From positions 352,001 to 416,000 of the forward strand of contig CAWJKT010000011.1 in NCBI GenBank assembly GCA_963843375.1: 64,000 bases of DNA. The letters run 5' to 3'. Position numbers and translations under genes: made by a program. Below the pieces are notes generated by a model, which worked only from the letters and a program-made list of their open reading frames with translations, had not been told where the DNA came from and searched no databases. The stretch's first letter is position 1. Each line of letters begins with the position of its first letter. This DNA is from an uncultured Pseudomonadota bacterium (GTDB lineage: Bacteria; Oederibacteriota; Muellerivitia; Muellerivitales; Muellerivitaceae). Below are positions 39,691 through 50,092 of this stretch, piece after piece.

Positions 39691-40689
39691 TTATTTTAAT
39701 TCCTTGGTTGGCACGAAGGGTTCAGGGGGCGCAACCGATTTTGTTTTCTTGAGACGAGCCACGAAAAAACCCTCAATATCCGGCGTGGGCAAAACCCGGA
39801 TGGACTTTATCACCGCCGGATCGAATTTCAAATCTCCCCAAATTGTCAGACCGTGAGTATAAGAGGGAAGGGGTTGGACAACCTCTTCCAATTGAAGGGC
39901 ATCCCCGTAAGTTTCAATGGCCCAATTGAGAACCATCTCGTTTTCCTCGGGGGCAAAGGTGCAGGTGGAATAAACCATGCTTCCTCCCGGCTTCAAAGAA
40001 AGAAAAGCGGACTTGAAAAGCCGACGCTGATTCTTGGCCATTTTTCGATTGGTGTCTTCTTTCCAATAGCCATAGGTAGAAGGTATTTCCAGTTGAAATC
40101 GGCCCTCTGAACTACAAGGCGCATCCAGAAGCACCCGGTCAAATTTCTCGAAGTTGTCCTTCCATACCATTCCCCCGTCATCCGCGGGTAAGGTTTCCAC
40201 GATGGAAGCCCCCTGGGTTTGGGCATTGGCTTTGAGCTTCTCCAAGCGGATGGGATTGTTGTCATTGGCGAGTATGCGGCCTTGGTTATTCATAAGGACA
40301 GATAGCTGGGTGGTCTTGCTTCCGGGAGCGGCGGTCAGATCCAAGACGATGTCGCCGGGCTGGGGGTCCAGGACCAAAGGAGGAATCATGCTGGAAAGGC
40401 CCTGCACATAAATTTCTCCCTGGAGGTAAAGATTAGTCTTCTCCAGGTCCTTTTGTTTGCCCTTGCGAAGGATAAAAGCATCCTTGTACCAGGGCACATT
40501 TTCGACTTTAAAGCCTTGGGGTTCCAAGGTTCCTTTCAGCGAGGAAAATTTTTTTTTAAGGTTGTTCACCCTAAAAGTGGCGGGTTTTTCAATCGAAAAT
40601 GTTTTAAGGGTTTTTTCCCATTGATGAGCGGGTATCAGCTGGCGGAGTTTTTCGAGGAAAGCTTCGGGAAGATGACGGCCTTTTACCAT
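39691..40689 (-). CDS. RsmB/RsmF (NOL1/NOP2) RNA m5C methyltransferase
   Basis: VLDLTAAPGSKT, FDRVLLDAPCS, VYSTCT..PEENE. Confidence 0.93.
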   Translation of the reverse strand: MVKGRHLPEAFLEKLRQLIPAHQWEKTLKTFSIEKPATFRVNNLKKKFSSLKGTLEPQGFKVENVPWYKDAFILRKGKQKDLEKTNLYLQGEIYVQGLSSMIPPLVLDPQPGDIVLDLTAAPGSKTTQLSVLMNNQGRILANDNNPIRLEKLKANAQTQGASIVETLPADDGGMVWKDNFEKFDRVLLDAPCSSEGRFQLEIPSTYGYWKEDTNRKMAKNQRRLFKSAFLSLKPGGSMVYSTCTFAPEENEMVLNWAIETYGDALQLEEVVQPLPSYTHGLTIWGDLKFDPAVIKSIRVLPTPDIEGFFVARLKKTKSVAPPEPFVPTKELK

Positions 40690-41368
40690 TCCAGCATCAA
40701 GGCTTTGGAAAGGAATTCCATCAGGGGCGCGCCGGCGGCGCAGGCCTCGACAAAGCGGTCCATGAAATTGGGGGAACAGGCTTCTTTTTCGCTGAACTGG
40801 GCAAAAAAGGTGAAGTCTTTGTATTTCAGATCTTCGATGAGTTCGTGGTTGGGATCAAAACCCTTAGGGGGACGCTGGAGCTTTTCCCCTTCTAAGGTGC
40901 AATGTTTTTTAAAATTTTTGTCTTTCAGGACCGCCTTCCAGGCAGAGGAATGATGGGCCAAGTAGTCCCGGATTTGAGCCAGCACCGGAGCCTCGGGATG
41001 CCAGATGCCGCCGCCGCTGAAAACCTCCCCGGGCGCCAAATGGATGTAATAGCCCGGAGAATGCACGTCCTTGCTGCGGGAAGTTCGGAAGTGGGCGGAG
41101 GCTGCGGTTTTATAGGGGGTCTTGTCCTTGGAGAAACGGGTGTCCCGGTAAATGCGAAACATGGAACCTCCCATGGGGCTGTTATCCACGATTAGGTGTT
41201 TGCTTATTTTTCTTAAAGGCGGACCCAACTCACCGATGAAATCCAAGAGGGGATTACGCACGGTCTTTTCGTACCGTTCCTTATTGGCCTGGAACCAAGG
41301 ACGGTTGTTGTTCGACTTAAGTTCTTTGAGGAACTTAAAAAAGGATTCGGAAAATAGGATTTTTTCAT
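40683..41368 (-). CDS. DUF2461 family protein with an N-terminal -1 frameshift
   Basis: FKFLKELKSNNNRPWF...FRIYRDTRFSKDKTPYK; the only ATG (41368) is out of frame by one base in an A6/T4 run. Confidence 0.85.
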
Positions 41369-41391
41369 AGTTTGTAATAATTGAATGGGTA

Positions 41392-41601
41392 TTACGTCAT
41401 CATTTTCTTCGGGCGCACCCAAAGGGCAATCTCGTCGGCGGCCCAGATCTCATCAGGCATATCCGACTTGATGAAAACTCGGACGTATTTTTTGTGGTTT
41501 GAAAGGGAAGAATTGACTTCCTTGACATTTAAGACGGTTCCCACTTTTCGGGTCAAAAGATTAAATACTTCATCATTAGGCTCATAATTGGCATCCGACA
41601 T
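41392..41601 (-). CDS. Small hypothetical protein (SH3-like beta fold possible)
   Basis: AAGGAGG RBS before ATG 41601; 69 aa. Confidence 0.65.
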   Translation of the reverse strand: MSDANYEPNDEVFNLLTRKVGTVLNVKEVNSSLSNHKKYVRVFIKSDMPDEIWAADEIALWVRPKKMMT

Positions 41602-41674
41602 TACCGCCTCCTTTGACTCACCCGAATATATTTTACCTTTCACATCAAATTTTAAGAAACGAAAAGAAGGAAAA

Positions 41675-41706
41675 TAAAAAAGGCCGAAGCCTGGAGGCTC
41701 CGGCCC
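41675..41706 (-). terminator. Rho-independent terminator after yceI-like gene
   Basis: GGCCG/AGCC...GGCT/CGGCC hairpin with an A tract on the + strand. Confidence 0.65.
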
Positions 41707-41720
41707 TTGGGAAATAGCGG

Positions 41721-42395
41721 TTAATTCGCGGGAGTGGCGGCCGGCGGGGCTTTCTTCATTTTATCCATCATTTTTTTCATCGCTTCCAGGCTATGTTTGT
41801 CCATGCCGGCGATGTCCAGGCTGATATTTACGTCGTTACTTACCATCAGGTTGCCGCTGGCCAGGGTCTTGTTCCAAACCAGCCCGTAATCCCGGCGGTC
41901 AATGGTCGTGGTGGCTGAAAAACCAACGATCTTGGCCACCATTTTTCCATCCTTGCCCATGGGCATGGTATCCGCGCCCAGGTAATTCACATCCAGGGTC
42001 ACGGATTTGGTCACGCCGTGGATCGTCAGATCGCCGACGACTTTATATTTATTGTCGCTATCGCCCTTGCTAACACCGGTGCTCTTAAAGGTAAGAGTGG
42101 GAAATTTTTCAGCGTCGAAAAAATCCGCAGACTGCAGATGGTGATCGCGCATCTCGTTATCTGTGCTGATGCTGGCGGCTTGAATCGTGACCTTAATCTT
42201 TCCGGATTCGGGATTGGCGGGATCGAAGCTAAAGCTTCCGTCGTAATCTTTGAACTCTCCCGGAACCTTGCTAAGGATGTGGGTTACCGAAAACCCGATG
42301 TGGGAATGGGCCTTATCAAATCCATATTCGGTGGCGTTAACAGAAGCAACAGCTAAAAAGGCAAAAGAAGCGAACAACAAAAAATATTTTTTCAT
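41721..42395 (-). CDS. YceI family polyisoprenoid-binding protein
   Basis: DKAHSHIGFSV.H, SISTDN..RD.HL.SADFFD..KFP.LTFKS, GDLTIHGVTK. Confidence 0.93.
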   Translation of the reverse strand: MKKYFLLFASFAFLAVASVNATEYGFDKAHSHIGFSVTHILSKVPGEFKDYDGSFSFDPANPESGKIKVTIQAASISTDNEMRDHHLQSADFFDAEKFPTLTFKSTGVSKGDSDNKYKVVGDLTIHGVTKSVTLDVNYLGADTMPMGKDGKMVAKIVGFSATTTIDRRDYGLVWNKTLASGNLMVSNDVNISLDIAGMDKHSLEAMKKMMDKMKKAPPAATPAN

Positions 42396-42452
42396 TTTTC
42401 TAAATCCTTTCTTGATTTAAATCCGGCTTGGTTTTATATATACGAATGTGCT

Positions 42453-42467
42453 TACTAAAAGAAAGTA
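42453..42467. promoter_or_regulatory. Putative YodB/HxlR-type operator
   Basis: TACT-N7-AGTA inverted repeat between the divergent yceI-like and hxlR-like genes. Confidence 0.5.
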
Positions 42468-42544
42468 GGTACCCGAAGGTAACTACCAAGCGACGTTACC
42501 GCTATCCACTGCATCCTTTGGACGTTTATAGCGAAAGGAAAGTT

Positions 42545-42940
42545 ATGATCCGCCATCGCGCCAATAAATCCGGCCCCCCACCGGTGGGATGTCCGTTGGA
42601 GGCCAGTCTCAAATTGTTAGCAGGAGCTTGGACGCCCCAAATTCTATGGTATTTGCGGACAGAAACCCGGCGTTTCGGCGACCTCAAAAGGGACCTGGGG
42701 AATATTTCCGCGAAGGTTTTAACCACCCGGTTAAAAGAATTGGAAAAGAGGGGAGTCGTTACCCGGGAAGTCAAACATACCTCACCTCCGACGGTCGAAT
42801 ACGCCCTGACTGGGTTAGGACATAGACTGAACCCCATCCTGAAAACCATCGCCGAAGTTGGAACCGAAATTGAACGCCACGTGGTTTCCAAGGAAAATTC
42901 CGCCAAACCAGTCAAGGCTGAGGCGCTTTCCCTGGGATAA
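42545..42940 (+). CDS. HxlR/DUF24 winged-helix regulator
   Basis: GCPLE..L.LL.G.W, RRFGDL, ISAKVLT.RLKELE, PPTVEYALT..G; AAGGA RBS before ATG 42545. Confidence 0.92.
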   Translation: MIRHRANKSGPPPVGCPLEASLKLLAGAWTPQILWYLRTETRRFGDLKRDLGNISAKVLTTRLKELEKRGVVTREVKHTSPPTVEYALTGLGHRLNPILKTIAEVGTEIERHVVSKENSAKPVKAEALSLG

Positions 42941-42989
42941 CCCCTTGGGGTTTTTCTTTCAAAACCTCATCCGGGTTTTGAAGCCGGAG

Positions 42990-43352
42990 TTAAACCGCCT
43001 GGGCCAGGTAGGTTTTCAAGGATTCCTTGTCTTCATCGGGCATCAGCATCAAGTGAAGACCGACCCCGATTTCATTCATCCAAACAACTTCACCGAATGC
43101 GAACAAGTGCCGAAGGGTTTTGGTGAGTGAAATATCTAGACGGATGATTTCCCCGATTTTCACATCGCTATCCCTGGCGATTTTAATATACATGCCCTCC
43201 AGACTAAGGTCCTTCGCCAGGGCGACCTTACCCCGGAATTTTTCCTCTTCCTTTGGGTTGTCGAGTAAGCGGTATTGGACGGGGAGCCTTACGCGGACAC
43301 GGACATGGGTTCTTTGTTCGAGGTAGGAATCTTGGTCTTTCATTGGCGGCAT
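42990..43352 (-). CDS. PilZ-domain protein
   Basis: EQRTHVR (RxxxR) and DLSLEG (DxSxxG). Confidence 0.88.
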   Translation of the reverse strand: MPPMKDQDSYLEQRTHVRVRVRLPVQYRLLDNPKEEEKFRGKVALAKDLSLEGMYIKIARDSDVKIGEIIRLDISLTKTLRHLFAFGEVVWMNEIGVGLHLMLMPDEDKESLKTYLAQAV

Positions 43353-43560
43353 CCGTTTTAAAAAGATAATATTTTGGAACCCAGAAAAAACATCAGGAGC
43401 TAATAGGTGTGGAATATTATTTCATGAGAAAGAAGAGAAAAAGTAAAAAATCGGTAAAAAAAATAGTTTGAAACGATTTTATATTTTTTTAGATCATTCC
43501 ATCGCTGAAAATATTTTTATTTTTATCAATCAACCAACTTAGTTTCGCCTCAAAGGCGAT

Positions 43561-44610
43561 TCAGGGTTGGTTTGTCCGATGGGATTCTTCGGGAATAACC
43601 TTCAAGTCGAGCTTGATCGATTTACGGATGACGGATAAGACGGATATAGATCCCAGTGATTCATCGCTCAGGAACCGGTGCAAGTCGTCCATACTTTCAA
43701 CCGGATTTCCCTCGAACTCTACGATGACATCCCTTTCCACTAATCCGGCTCTTTGGGCGGGGCTATTTTCCTCCACCGCCACGATCAACACGCCTTTTTC
43801 GGCCGACAGGCCGAAATGGCGGACGATCTTTCGGGGTATATCGATGTTTTGGCCGCCGATGCCGATGAAGCTCCTGCGGACTTTGCCGTATTTCATGATC
43901 TGCATAGCCACCCTTTTGGCCGTGTCGATGGCGATAGCAAAGCAAAGCCCTTGGGCCGAGGGTATGGTGGCGGTATTCACCCCAACCACTTCCCCGCGGG
44001 AATTGACCAAGGGGCCGCCCGAATTACCGGGATTCAAGGCCGCATCGGTCTGAATAATGTTGTCGATGAGCCGTCCCGATTGAGACCTGAGGGAACGCCC
44101 GAGGGCGGAAACCACGCCCGCCGTCACCGTCGTTTGGAACCCCAGGGGACTTCCGATGGCCACCACCAACTGCCCTGGCCTGAGCGCTGACGAGGATCCC
44201 AGGACGGCTGGCCGGAAACCCGTTGTGTCATCCACGCGGATGACGGCTAGGTCCGAATCCGGGTCCTCGCCGATCAGGCGGCCATGGTGTGACTGGCCGT
44301 CCAGTAAAGTGACCTCAATATCCTGGGCTCCATGTACCACGTGGCTGTTGGTCAAAATAAAACCATCGGGAGTAAAAAAGAATCCCGATCCGCTTCCAGC
44401 TTTATGGAGGGCGCTGTCGGAAGGTCGCCACCGACCCCCCTTCTGAAAAACGTCGATATTTACCACCGAAGGGGACACTTTCTGCGACGCGTAAATAACC
44501 GCGCTGGAATAAGCGTCCAAGAGTCCTTCGTTGTCATAGGGAACCATATCCTGCGGCAGGCTTTGCCGGACCTGAATATTCTCGTTCGATAAAAATTGAG
44601 GATGTTTCAT
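43561..44610 (-). CDS. HtrA/DegP-family serine protease with one PDZ
   Basis: GSGSGF, LTNSHVV, DLAV, IQTDAALNPGNSGGPL. Confidence 0.95.
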   Translation of the reverse strand: MKHPQFLSNENIQVRQSLPQDMVPYDNEGLLDAYSSAVIYASQKVSPSVVNIDVFQKGGRWRPSDSALHKAGSGSGFFFTPDGFILTNSHVVHGAQDIEVTLLDGQSHHGRLIGEDPDSDLAVIRVDDTTGFRPAVLGSSSALRPGQLVVAIGSPLGFQTTVTAGVVSALGRSLRSQSGRLIDNIIQTDAALNPGNSGGPLVNSRGEVVGVNTATIPSAQGLCFAIAIDTAKRVAMQIMKYGKVRRSFIGIGGQNIDIPRKIVRHFGLSAEKGVLIVAVEENSPAQRAGLVERDVIVEFEGNPVESMDDLHRFLSDESLGSISVLSVIRKSIKLDLKVIPEESHRTNQP

Positions 44611-44681
44611 GGGTTTCTCCTTATTTTCATCACAATAGGAAGAACGAACCCAAAGTCCAATAGGAACAACATGTTCCGGCT

Positions 44682-45539
44682 TTAAGACTTGAACGCCGGG
44701 GCATGATCCTTCAAAAACTGGTCCACGGTATTGGGCTTTTTCTTCGCCACTTTTTCCACCACATCGGTAGTGGCCGCGCCGTGCCCAGACGCGAAAACTT
44801 CACCTAATTTGGCCAAGTCGCCCGCCAGCCAATCGGGCACCCCCATGGAGGTCATGGATTTGACGAGGCCGGCAGAGGGAACATCCACATAATTCACTTT
44901 TTTCCCCGTGACCGCCGAAAGCTTATCCGCCACCTGGGCGTAATTCAACGCCTCACCGCCGGTAATGACATAGGATTGACCTTCATGTCCCGGTTCGGTC
45001 AAAGCCGCCACGGCCACCGTCGCGATATCGCGGGCGTCCACCATGGCGACTTTACCGTCCTTAAAGTTTCCGTAAATGGCGCCTTGAGACTTGACTCCTC
45101 CGGCCTGGTTCAAAAGGTTTTGCATAAAGGAGTGGGGTTGGAGGATTGTCCAGGCGATGCCTGACTTTTTCAGGTATTCCTCTGTCTTGGCATGGTTGCG
45201 GGACAAGGCAATCGGGGAATCAACGCTCACGCCTAAAGCCGAAAGGAGGATCACCTGCTTGACTCCGGACTTTTTCGCAGCGTCGATGACCTTGATTTCC
45301 AGCGCCGATTGGTTGGGGGACGCCGGAGTCAGGAGAAAAAGTTTCTCTACTCCCTTCAAGGCTGCCTCAATGGTTTCGATTTGGTTGATGTCGCCTTGAG
45401 CCGTTTCAAATCCAAGGTTTTTGATATCGGCTTCCTTTTGCGCGTTGCGAACCAAAATCCGCGCCTTGGCCTTCTTTTGCGAGAGTTGCTTGACAACTTC
45501 CTTTCCCACCATTCCCGTGCCGCCGATGACAAGAATCAT
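44682..45539 (-). CDS. NmrA-like / SDR NAD(P)-binding oxidoreductase
   Basis: MILVIGGTGMVG Rossmann motif; AAGGAG RBS before ATG 45539. Confidence 0.9.
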   Translation of the reverse strand: MILVIGGTGMVGKEVVKQLSQKKAKARILVRNAQKEADIKNLGFETAQGDINQIETIEAALKGVEKLFLLTPASPNQSALEIKVIDAAKKSGVKQVILLSALGVSVDSPIALSRNHAKTEEYLKKSGIAWTILQPHSFMQNLLNQAGGVKSQGAIYGNFKDGKVAMVDARDIATVAVAALTEPGHEGQSYVITGGEALNYAQVADKLSAVTGKKVNYVDVPSAGLVKSMTSMGVPDWLAGDLAKLGEVFASGHGAATTDVVEKVAKKKPNTVDQFLKDHAPAFKS

Positions 45540-45682
45540 GCCCAGCTCCTTTTTGCTTTGGTAAAGACGATTCATCATGGGAAGGATGTGGAACAAGTAT
45601 CAAGGGAGTGTCTGAAATTTTTTAGGAGTTACTGAATGGTAACAGTTGAATCGGGTGGAAAAGCGGAGTACCGTAAGCTCCT

Positions 45683-46429
45683 ATGACCACGCCTTTTCTC
45701 TATATGGTCCTGAGCGTTGTGTTGGTAAGCCTCTTGTCGCTCATCGGTATTTCCCTTTTATCCTTTAGCCACGAGGCTTTTCATAAGATCGTTTTCGGAC
45801 TGGTGGCCTTGGCGGTGGGCGCCCTCTTTGGTGATAGTTTTTTGCACCTTTTGCCCGAGGCTTACAAAGACCCGGCGCGAGCTAACACCGCTTCGTTTTT
45901 CGCGATGGCGGGAATCCTGCTTTTTTTCGTCTTGGAAAATTTCCTGCATTGGCGGCACCAGCACTCGGATGAGCATGAAAAAATCGCGCCCTATGGCTAT
46001 CTGAACATTTTGGCCGACATGACCCATAATTTTATCGACGGCCTAATCATCGGCGCTTCCTACCTGGTTGGAACCAAAATGGGGTTGGCTACCACCTTGG
46101 CGGTGATGCTGCACGAAATCCCCCACGAATTCAGTAATTTCGGGATTTTGGTGAAATCCGGGTTTACCCGTTGGCGGGCCCTCTTCATCAATTTTCTCAC
46201 CGCTCTAACCGCCTTGGCGGGAGGGTTTATCGCCTGGTGGTTGGGCGGTCAAACGGGGGACTTCATCCGCCTTTTGATTCCATTGACCGCCGGAGGTTTT
46301 ATTTACATCGCCGGGTCGGACCTGGTTCCCCAACTCCACAAGGATGTCAAATCCTTGCGAGCGGTAGTTCAATTTTTCGCCATTCTTTGCGGTGCGGGAT
46401 TGATGCTCCTGGTGAAACTCCTGGAATAG
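45683..46429 (+). CDS. ZIP family metal transporter
   Basis: HLLPEA, HWRHQH, HNFIDG, HEIPHE. Confidence 0.93.
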   Translation: MTTPFLYMVLSVVLVSLLSLIGISLLSFSHEAFHKIVFGLVALAVGALFGDSFLHLLPEAYKDPARANTASFFAMAGILLFFVLENFLHWRHQHSDEHEKIAPYGYLNILADMTHNFIDGLIIGASYLVGTKMGLATTLAVMLHEIPHEFSNFGILVKSGFTRWRALFINFLTALTALAGGFIAWWLGGQTGDFIRLLIPLTAGGFIYIAGSDLVPQLHKDVKSLRAVVQFFAILCGAGLMLLVKLLE

Positions 46430-46740
46430 TCGCCAGCGGCCGGGTCTCGTCCTTTTTGTTTCACGAAAAAAACTTTGAAATTAGCGTTTTGTTAAGAAGA
46501 TTAAAAAGAATTAAACAAACAGCCCAAAGGCGAAGACAAAAGAACCGCAACGCCACAAAACACAAAGTTAACGTTTTTACTATGGTTCTTTTGGGGTTCC
46601 TCTCATAAAATAACTCGGTTTCTTTCCAAGGTCTTTCGTGGTTTTGTCGCTGTGAGGCCTTTGAGGTCTCGTTTTTTTCAACGCTAACCGCCAGGCCGAC
46701 CGGGTCGGATCCCCGTTTAATTCATTGAAAGGAAATTTTA

Positions 46741-47427
46741 ATGCTCGATACCCTTCCCCAAGCCATCTCTTCTTTCGCCCCCTCGATCGACCAGATGCTT
46801 TACTTGATTTATTACATCACCGGATTTTTCTTCATCGTGATGGAAGGTTACTTGGTTTACTTGGTCGTTCGTTACCGTCATAAGAAAGGAACCGCCGCCA
46901 AATACGAACCCGGCAATACCTGGGCCCAAATTCAATGGATCATTGTTTTCTCGGTCGTTATTCTCGTCCTGGATTTAAGCATCGATATTAAGGGCGGAAA
47001 AACGTGGGCCGAAGTCAAGGAAAGCATGCCCGCCACCGATTTAACCGTCAAGGTTCAGGCCAAGCAATTTGACTGGACGTTCTTTTATCCCGACAAGGAT
47101 GGGAAGTTCGACACGCCTGGCGCCATTTCATCCTACCGCGAACTGCATGTCCCGGTGGGAAAGAAAATCCACGTCATCATGACTTCCCTGGACGTCATCC
47201 ATGATTTTTTTCTTCCTGAAATCCGTTTAAAACAGGATGTCATGCCTCAGCGGGAAATCAACGAATGGTTTGACACGACGCAAACAGGGACTTTCCACAT
47301 TGTTTGCGACGAACTTTGCGGTTTCGGCCATACCCGCATGACCGGAGTTTTACAAGTGGACGACCAGAAAACTTTCGATGATTGGCTGGCCCAAAAAGAT
47401 AAAGAAGAACACGGAGGTCAACAATGA
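46741..47427 (+). CDS. coxB: Cytochrome c oxidase subunit II
   Basis: Two TMs, DVIH, CuA motif CDELCGFGHTRM. Confidence 0.93.
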   Translation: MLDTLPQAISSFAPSIDQMLYLIYYITGFFFIVMEGYLVYLVVRYRHKKGTAAKYEPGNTWAQIQWIIVFSVVILVLDLSIDIKGGKTWAEVKESMPATDLTVKVQAKQFDWTFFYPDKDGKFDTPGAISSYRELHVPVGKKIHVIMTSLDVIHDFFLPEIRLKQDVMPQREINEWFDTTQTGTFHIVCDELCGFGHTRMTGVLQVDDQKTFDDWLAQKDKEEHGGQQ

Positions 47428-49115
47428 CGCAGGAACACGGCGAACATCACGATAGCCACGAGCACAAACAGAGTTTCTTCAGCCACTACATTTTCTCCAC
47501 CGACCATAAAATGATCGGGAAGCAGTTCCTTTTGCTTTCCATTGTCATGGCTTGTTTTGGCGGATTCATGGCTTACTTGATTCGATGGGAAGTGGCCTAT
47601 CCCAATGTTCCGGCGCCTTTTTTCGGTTTGGTCACGCCGGATAAATTCAACGCCATCATCACCCTACACGGAACCATCATGATCTTCTTCGTGGGAATGC
47701 CCTTCCTCTCGGCCTTTCCCTCGAACTTTTTGATTCCCTTGATGATCGGGGCGAGGGACATGGCTTTTCCCAAATTGAATATGGCTTCCTTCTGGCTGAC
47801 TTTCGCAGGCGCCACCAGCTTGATTTCGTCGCTTTTTGTTCCCGGAGGCCCGGTGGCAGGGGGCTGGGTAGGCTATCCGCCCCTCTCCGCTAGTTCGGAG
47901 TTCACGGGGGTGAAAATCGGCGCGGTCCTTTGGCTTTTGGCCCTCGCTTGCGCCTTTTTCTCCTCGAGCTTGGGTGGCTTGAATTATCTGGTGACCGCCA
48001 TCACCTTGAGGGCGCCCGGAATGACCTATTCCCGTTTCCCCATGACGGTCTGGTTTCTTCTCGCCTCTGCGGTGACCTTCTTCTTTTCAGTTGGTCCCCT
48101 CATCGCGGGAGCTTTTATGCTCATGATGGATAATGTATTTGGAACGGGCTTCTTTCTTCCGGCAAAGGGCGGAGAGCCTATGTTGTGGGAGCATCTATTT
48201 TGGTTTTTTGGCCATCCGGAAGTCTATGTCCTTTTCTTTCCGGCGCTGGGTATGGGGCTGGATATCCTTTCCACTTTCACCCGAAAACCCATTTTCGGCT
48301 ATAAACTCATTCTTTGGAGCACGGTCTCGGCAATTCTCCTGAGCTTCATCGTTTGGGCTCATCATATGTTCATGTCGGGTTTGAACCCGGTATTGGCCAC
48401 ACCTTTCTCCATCACGACCATCCTCATTTCCATCCCTTTCGCCATCATTATTTTTTGCATGTTGGCTACCCTCCGTCATGGCTCCATTCGCTTGGAACTT
48501 CCCATGCTTTGGATGCTGGGATTCCTTTCGACCTTCCTGATCGGGGGATTAACGGGAATCTTCCTGGGTTCGGCCACGGCCGATATTTATTTGCACGGAA
48601 CCTATTTCGTGGTAGCCCATTTCCACTACACACTCTTTCCGTCGGTCTTTTTCGGCGGTTTTTCCGCTGTTTATTATTGGTTCCCGAAAATGTATGGCCG
48701 CAAATTGAACGAGAAGCTGGGGCTTTTGCATTTAGCCCTGACCTTTTTATTTTTCAACGGAACCTTTTGGCCGCTCTTTAGGGTCGGTATGGGCGGGATG
48801 ATCCGCCGTATCGCCGATCCCTCCTTCTATCCCCAGTATCACCAATTTGCCGGTTGGAACATTTTTTCCACCATTTCCGCCCTATGCCTGATCGCTACCC
48901 AAAGCATTTTTCTTTGGAATTTGGTTTTGAGCATGAGGCACGGTCCTCTGGCCGGAAAGAATCCTTATGAGTCCAATACATTGGAATGGCTGGCCGATTC
49001 TCCTCCTCCCCATGGCAATTGGGGGCCCACCCTGCCGGTGGTTACCAGCGGTCCTTATGAATACAGCAAACCCGGAGAAGCCACCGATTGGCATCCCCAG
49101 GCACAAAACATTTAA
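47424..49115 (+). CDS. coxA: Cytochrome c oxidase subunit I (A-family)
   Basis: HGTIM, DMAFP, FWFFGHPEVY, WAHHMF, VVAHFHY, GMIRR. Confidence 0.95.
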   Translation: MTQEHGEHHDSHEHKQSFFSHYIFSTDHKMIGKQFLLLSIVMACFGGFMAYLIRWEVAYPNVPAPFFGLVTPDKFNAIITLHGTIMIFFVGMPFLSAFPSNFLIPLMIGARDMAFPKLNMASFWLTFAGATSLISSLFVPGGPVAGGWVGYPPLSASSEFTGVKIGAVLWLLALACAFFSSSLGGLNYLVTAITLRAPGMTYSRFPMTVWFLLASAVTFFFSVGPLIAGAFMLMMDNVFGTGFFLPAKGGEPMLWEHLFWFFGHPEVYVLFFPALGMGLDILSTFTRKPIFGYKLILWSTVSAILLSFIVWAHHMFMSGLNPVLATPFSITTILISIPFAIIIFCMLATLRHGSIRLELPMLWMLGFLSTFLIGGLTGIFLGSATADIYLHGTYFVVAHFHYTLFPSVFFGGFSAVYYWFPKMYGRKLNEKLGLLHLALTFLFFNGTFWPLFRVGMGGMIRRIADPSFYPQYHQFAGWNIFSTISALCLIATQSIFLWNLVLSMRHGPLAGKNPYESNTLEWLADSPPPHGNWGPTLPVVTSGPYEYSKPGEATDWHPQAQNI

Positions 49116-49136
49116 TTTTAACTTAAGGAGAAGACA

Positions 49137-49766
49137 ATGGATAACAGCGCCAACATCTCCATGACTCCCCCGGTCCAAATCCTGGATGAGGGTCCCTGCG
49201 GACATAATTCCGCTCCCGCGGGTTTAACGGCGGGCCGTTTGGGCGTATGGGCTTTGATTTCCTCCGAAATTGTCCTTTTTGCGGGCCTCTTCGGTTCCTT
49301 TATTCTGATGCGCATGATCCATCCCGAATGGGCGGAGGAAGCCCGGCACCTGAATCTCGCTGCCGGTTCACTCAATTCCTTGGTCCTTTTGGTGAGCAAT
49401 TTTTTCATGATGAAGGCCGCTACTTCTGTCAAAGAGAGCCGACCGGATGATGTGAAAAAATTTCTGTTTTTAACCATGTTGATGGGGGTCGTCTTCCTCG
49501 GCATCAAAGCCTATGAGTACACCAATGAATTCGCCCATGGGGAGTTTCCATCCAGCCTGGGTTTCTGGTCCTTCTACTTTCTGATGACGGGCATCCACGC
49601 CACCCACATCATTGGAGGGTTGGTGGCCCTGGGAATCCTTTGGGTTAAGGCCATGAAGGGAACCCTGGGACCGATGCAAGGCCGGGTGGCCCTGACCGGC
49701 ATCTACTGGTCTTTCGTCGAAGTGGTCTGGATTTTCTTGTTTCCCATGCTTTATCTTTTAGCTTAA
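49137..49766 (+). CDS. coxC: Cytochrome c oxidase subunit III
   Basis: LISSEIVLFAGLF, MTGIHATH, YWSFVEVVW. Confidence 0.88.
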   Translation: MDNSANISMTPPVQILDEGPCGHNSAPAGLTAGRLGVWALISSEIVLFAGLFGSFILMRMIHPEWAEEARHLNLAAGSLNSLVLLVSNFFMMKAATSVKESRPDDVKKFLFLTMLMGVVFLGIKAYEYTNEFAHGEFPSSLGFWSFYFLMTGIHATHIIGGLVALGILWVKAMKGTLGPMQGRVALTGIYWSFVEVVWIFLFPMLYLLA

Positions 49767-49791
49767 TCGGTTTTATCAAGGAGGAATCAAA

Positions 49792-50091
49792 ATGGAATCG
49801 AAATCAACTTCCGGCAACCACATGGCTATCTTTTCGGCCCTGGTGGTATTAGTCCTCTGCGCGGTGGGGATCTTTTTCTTACATTTGCCCATCGTTCTTA
49901 ATAACCTTGCCATTTTCTCCGTTGCGATCTTGATGGCGGGTCTGGTTTTTTTCCAATACATGGATTTGAAATCGGAAGGCAAACTGATCTATTGGATTAT
50001 GGTCATCCCCATGGTCCTTTTCGCCATTCTTTTCGTTCTTTTCATTCCCGACGTCTGCCACTACTCCATCGATTTCCTTAAGGAGCTATAA
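49792..50091 (+). CDS. Cytochrome c oxidase subunit IV family
   Basis: Three TMs, LV.FQYMDLKSE. Confidence 0.8.
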   Translation: MESKSTSGNHMAIFSALVVLVLCAVGIFFLHLPIVLNNLAIFSVAILMAGLVFFQYMDLKSEGKLIYWIMVIPMVLFAILFVLFIPDVCHYSIDFLKEL

Positions 50092-50092
50092 A

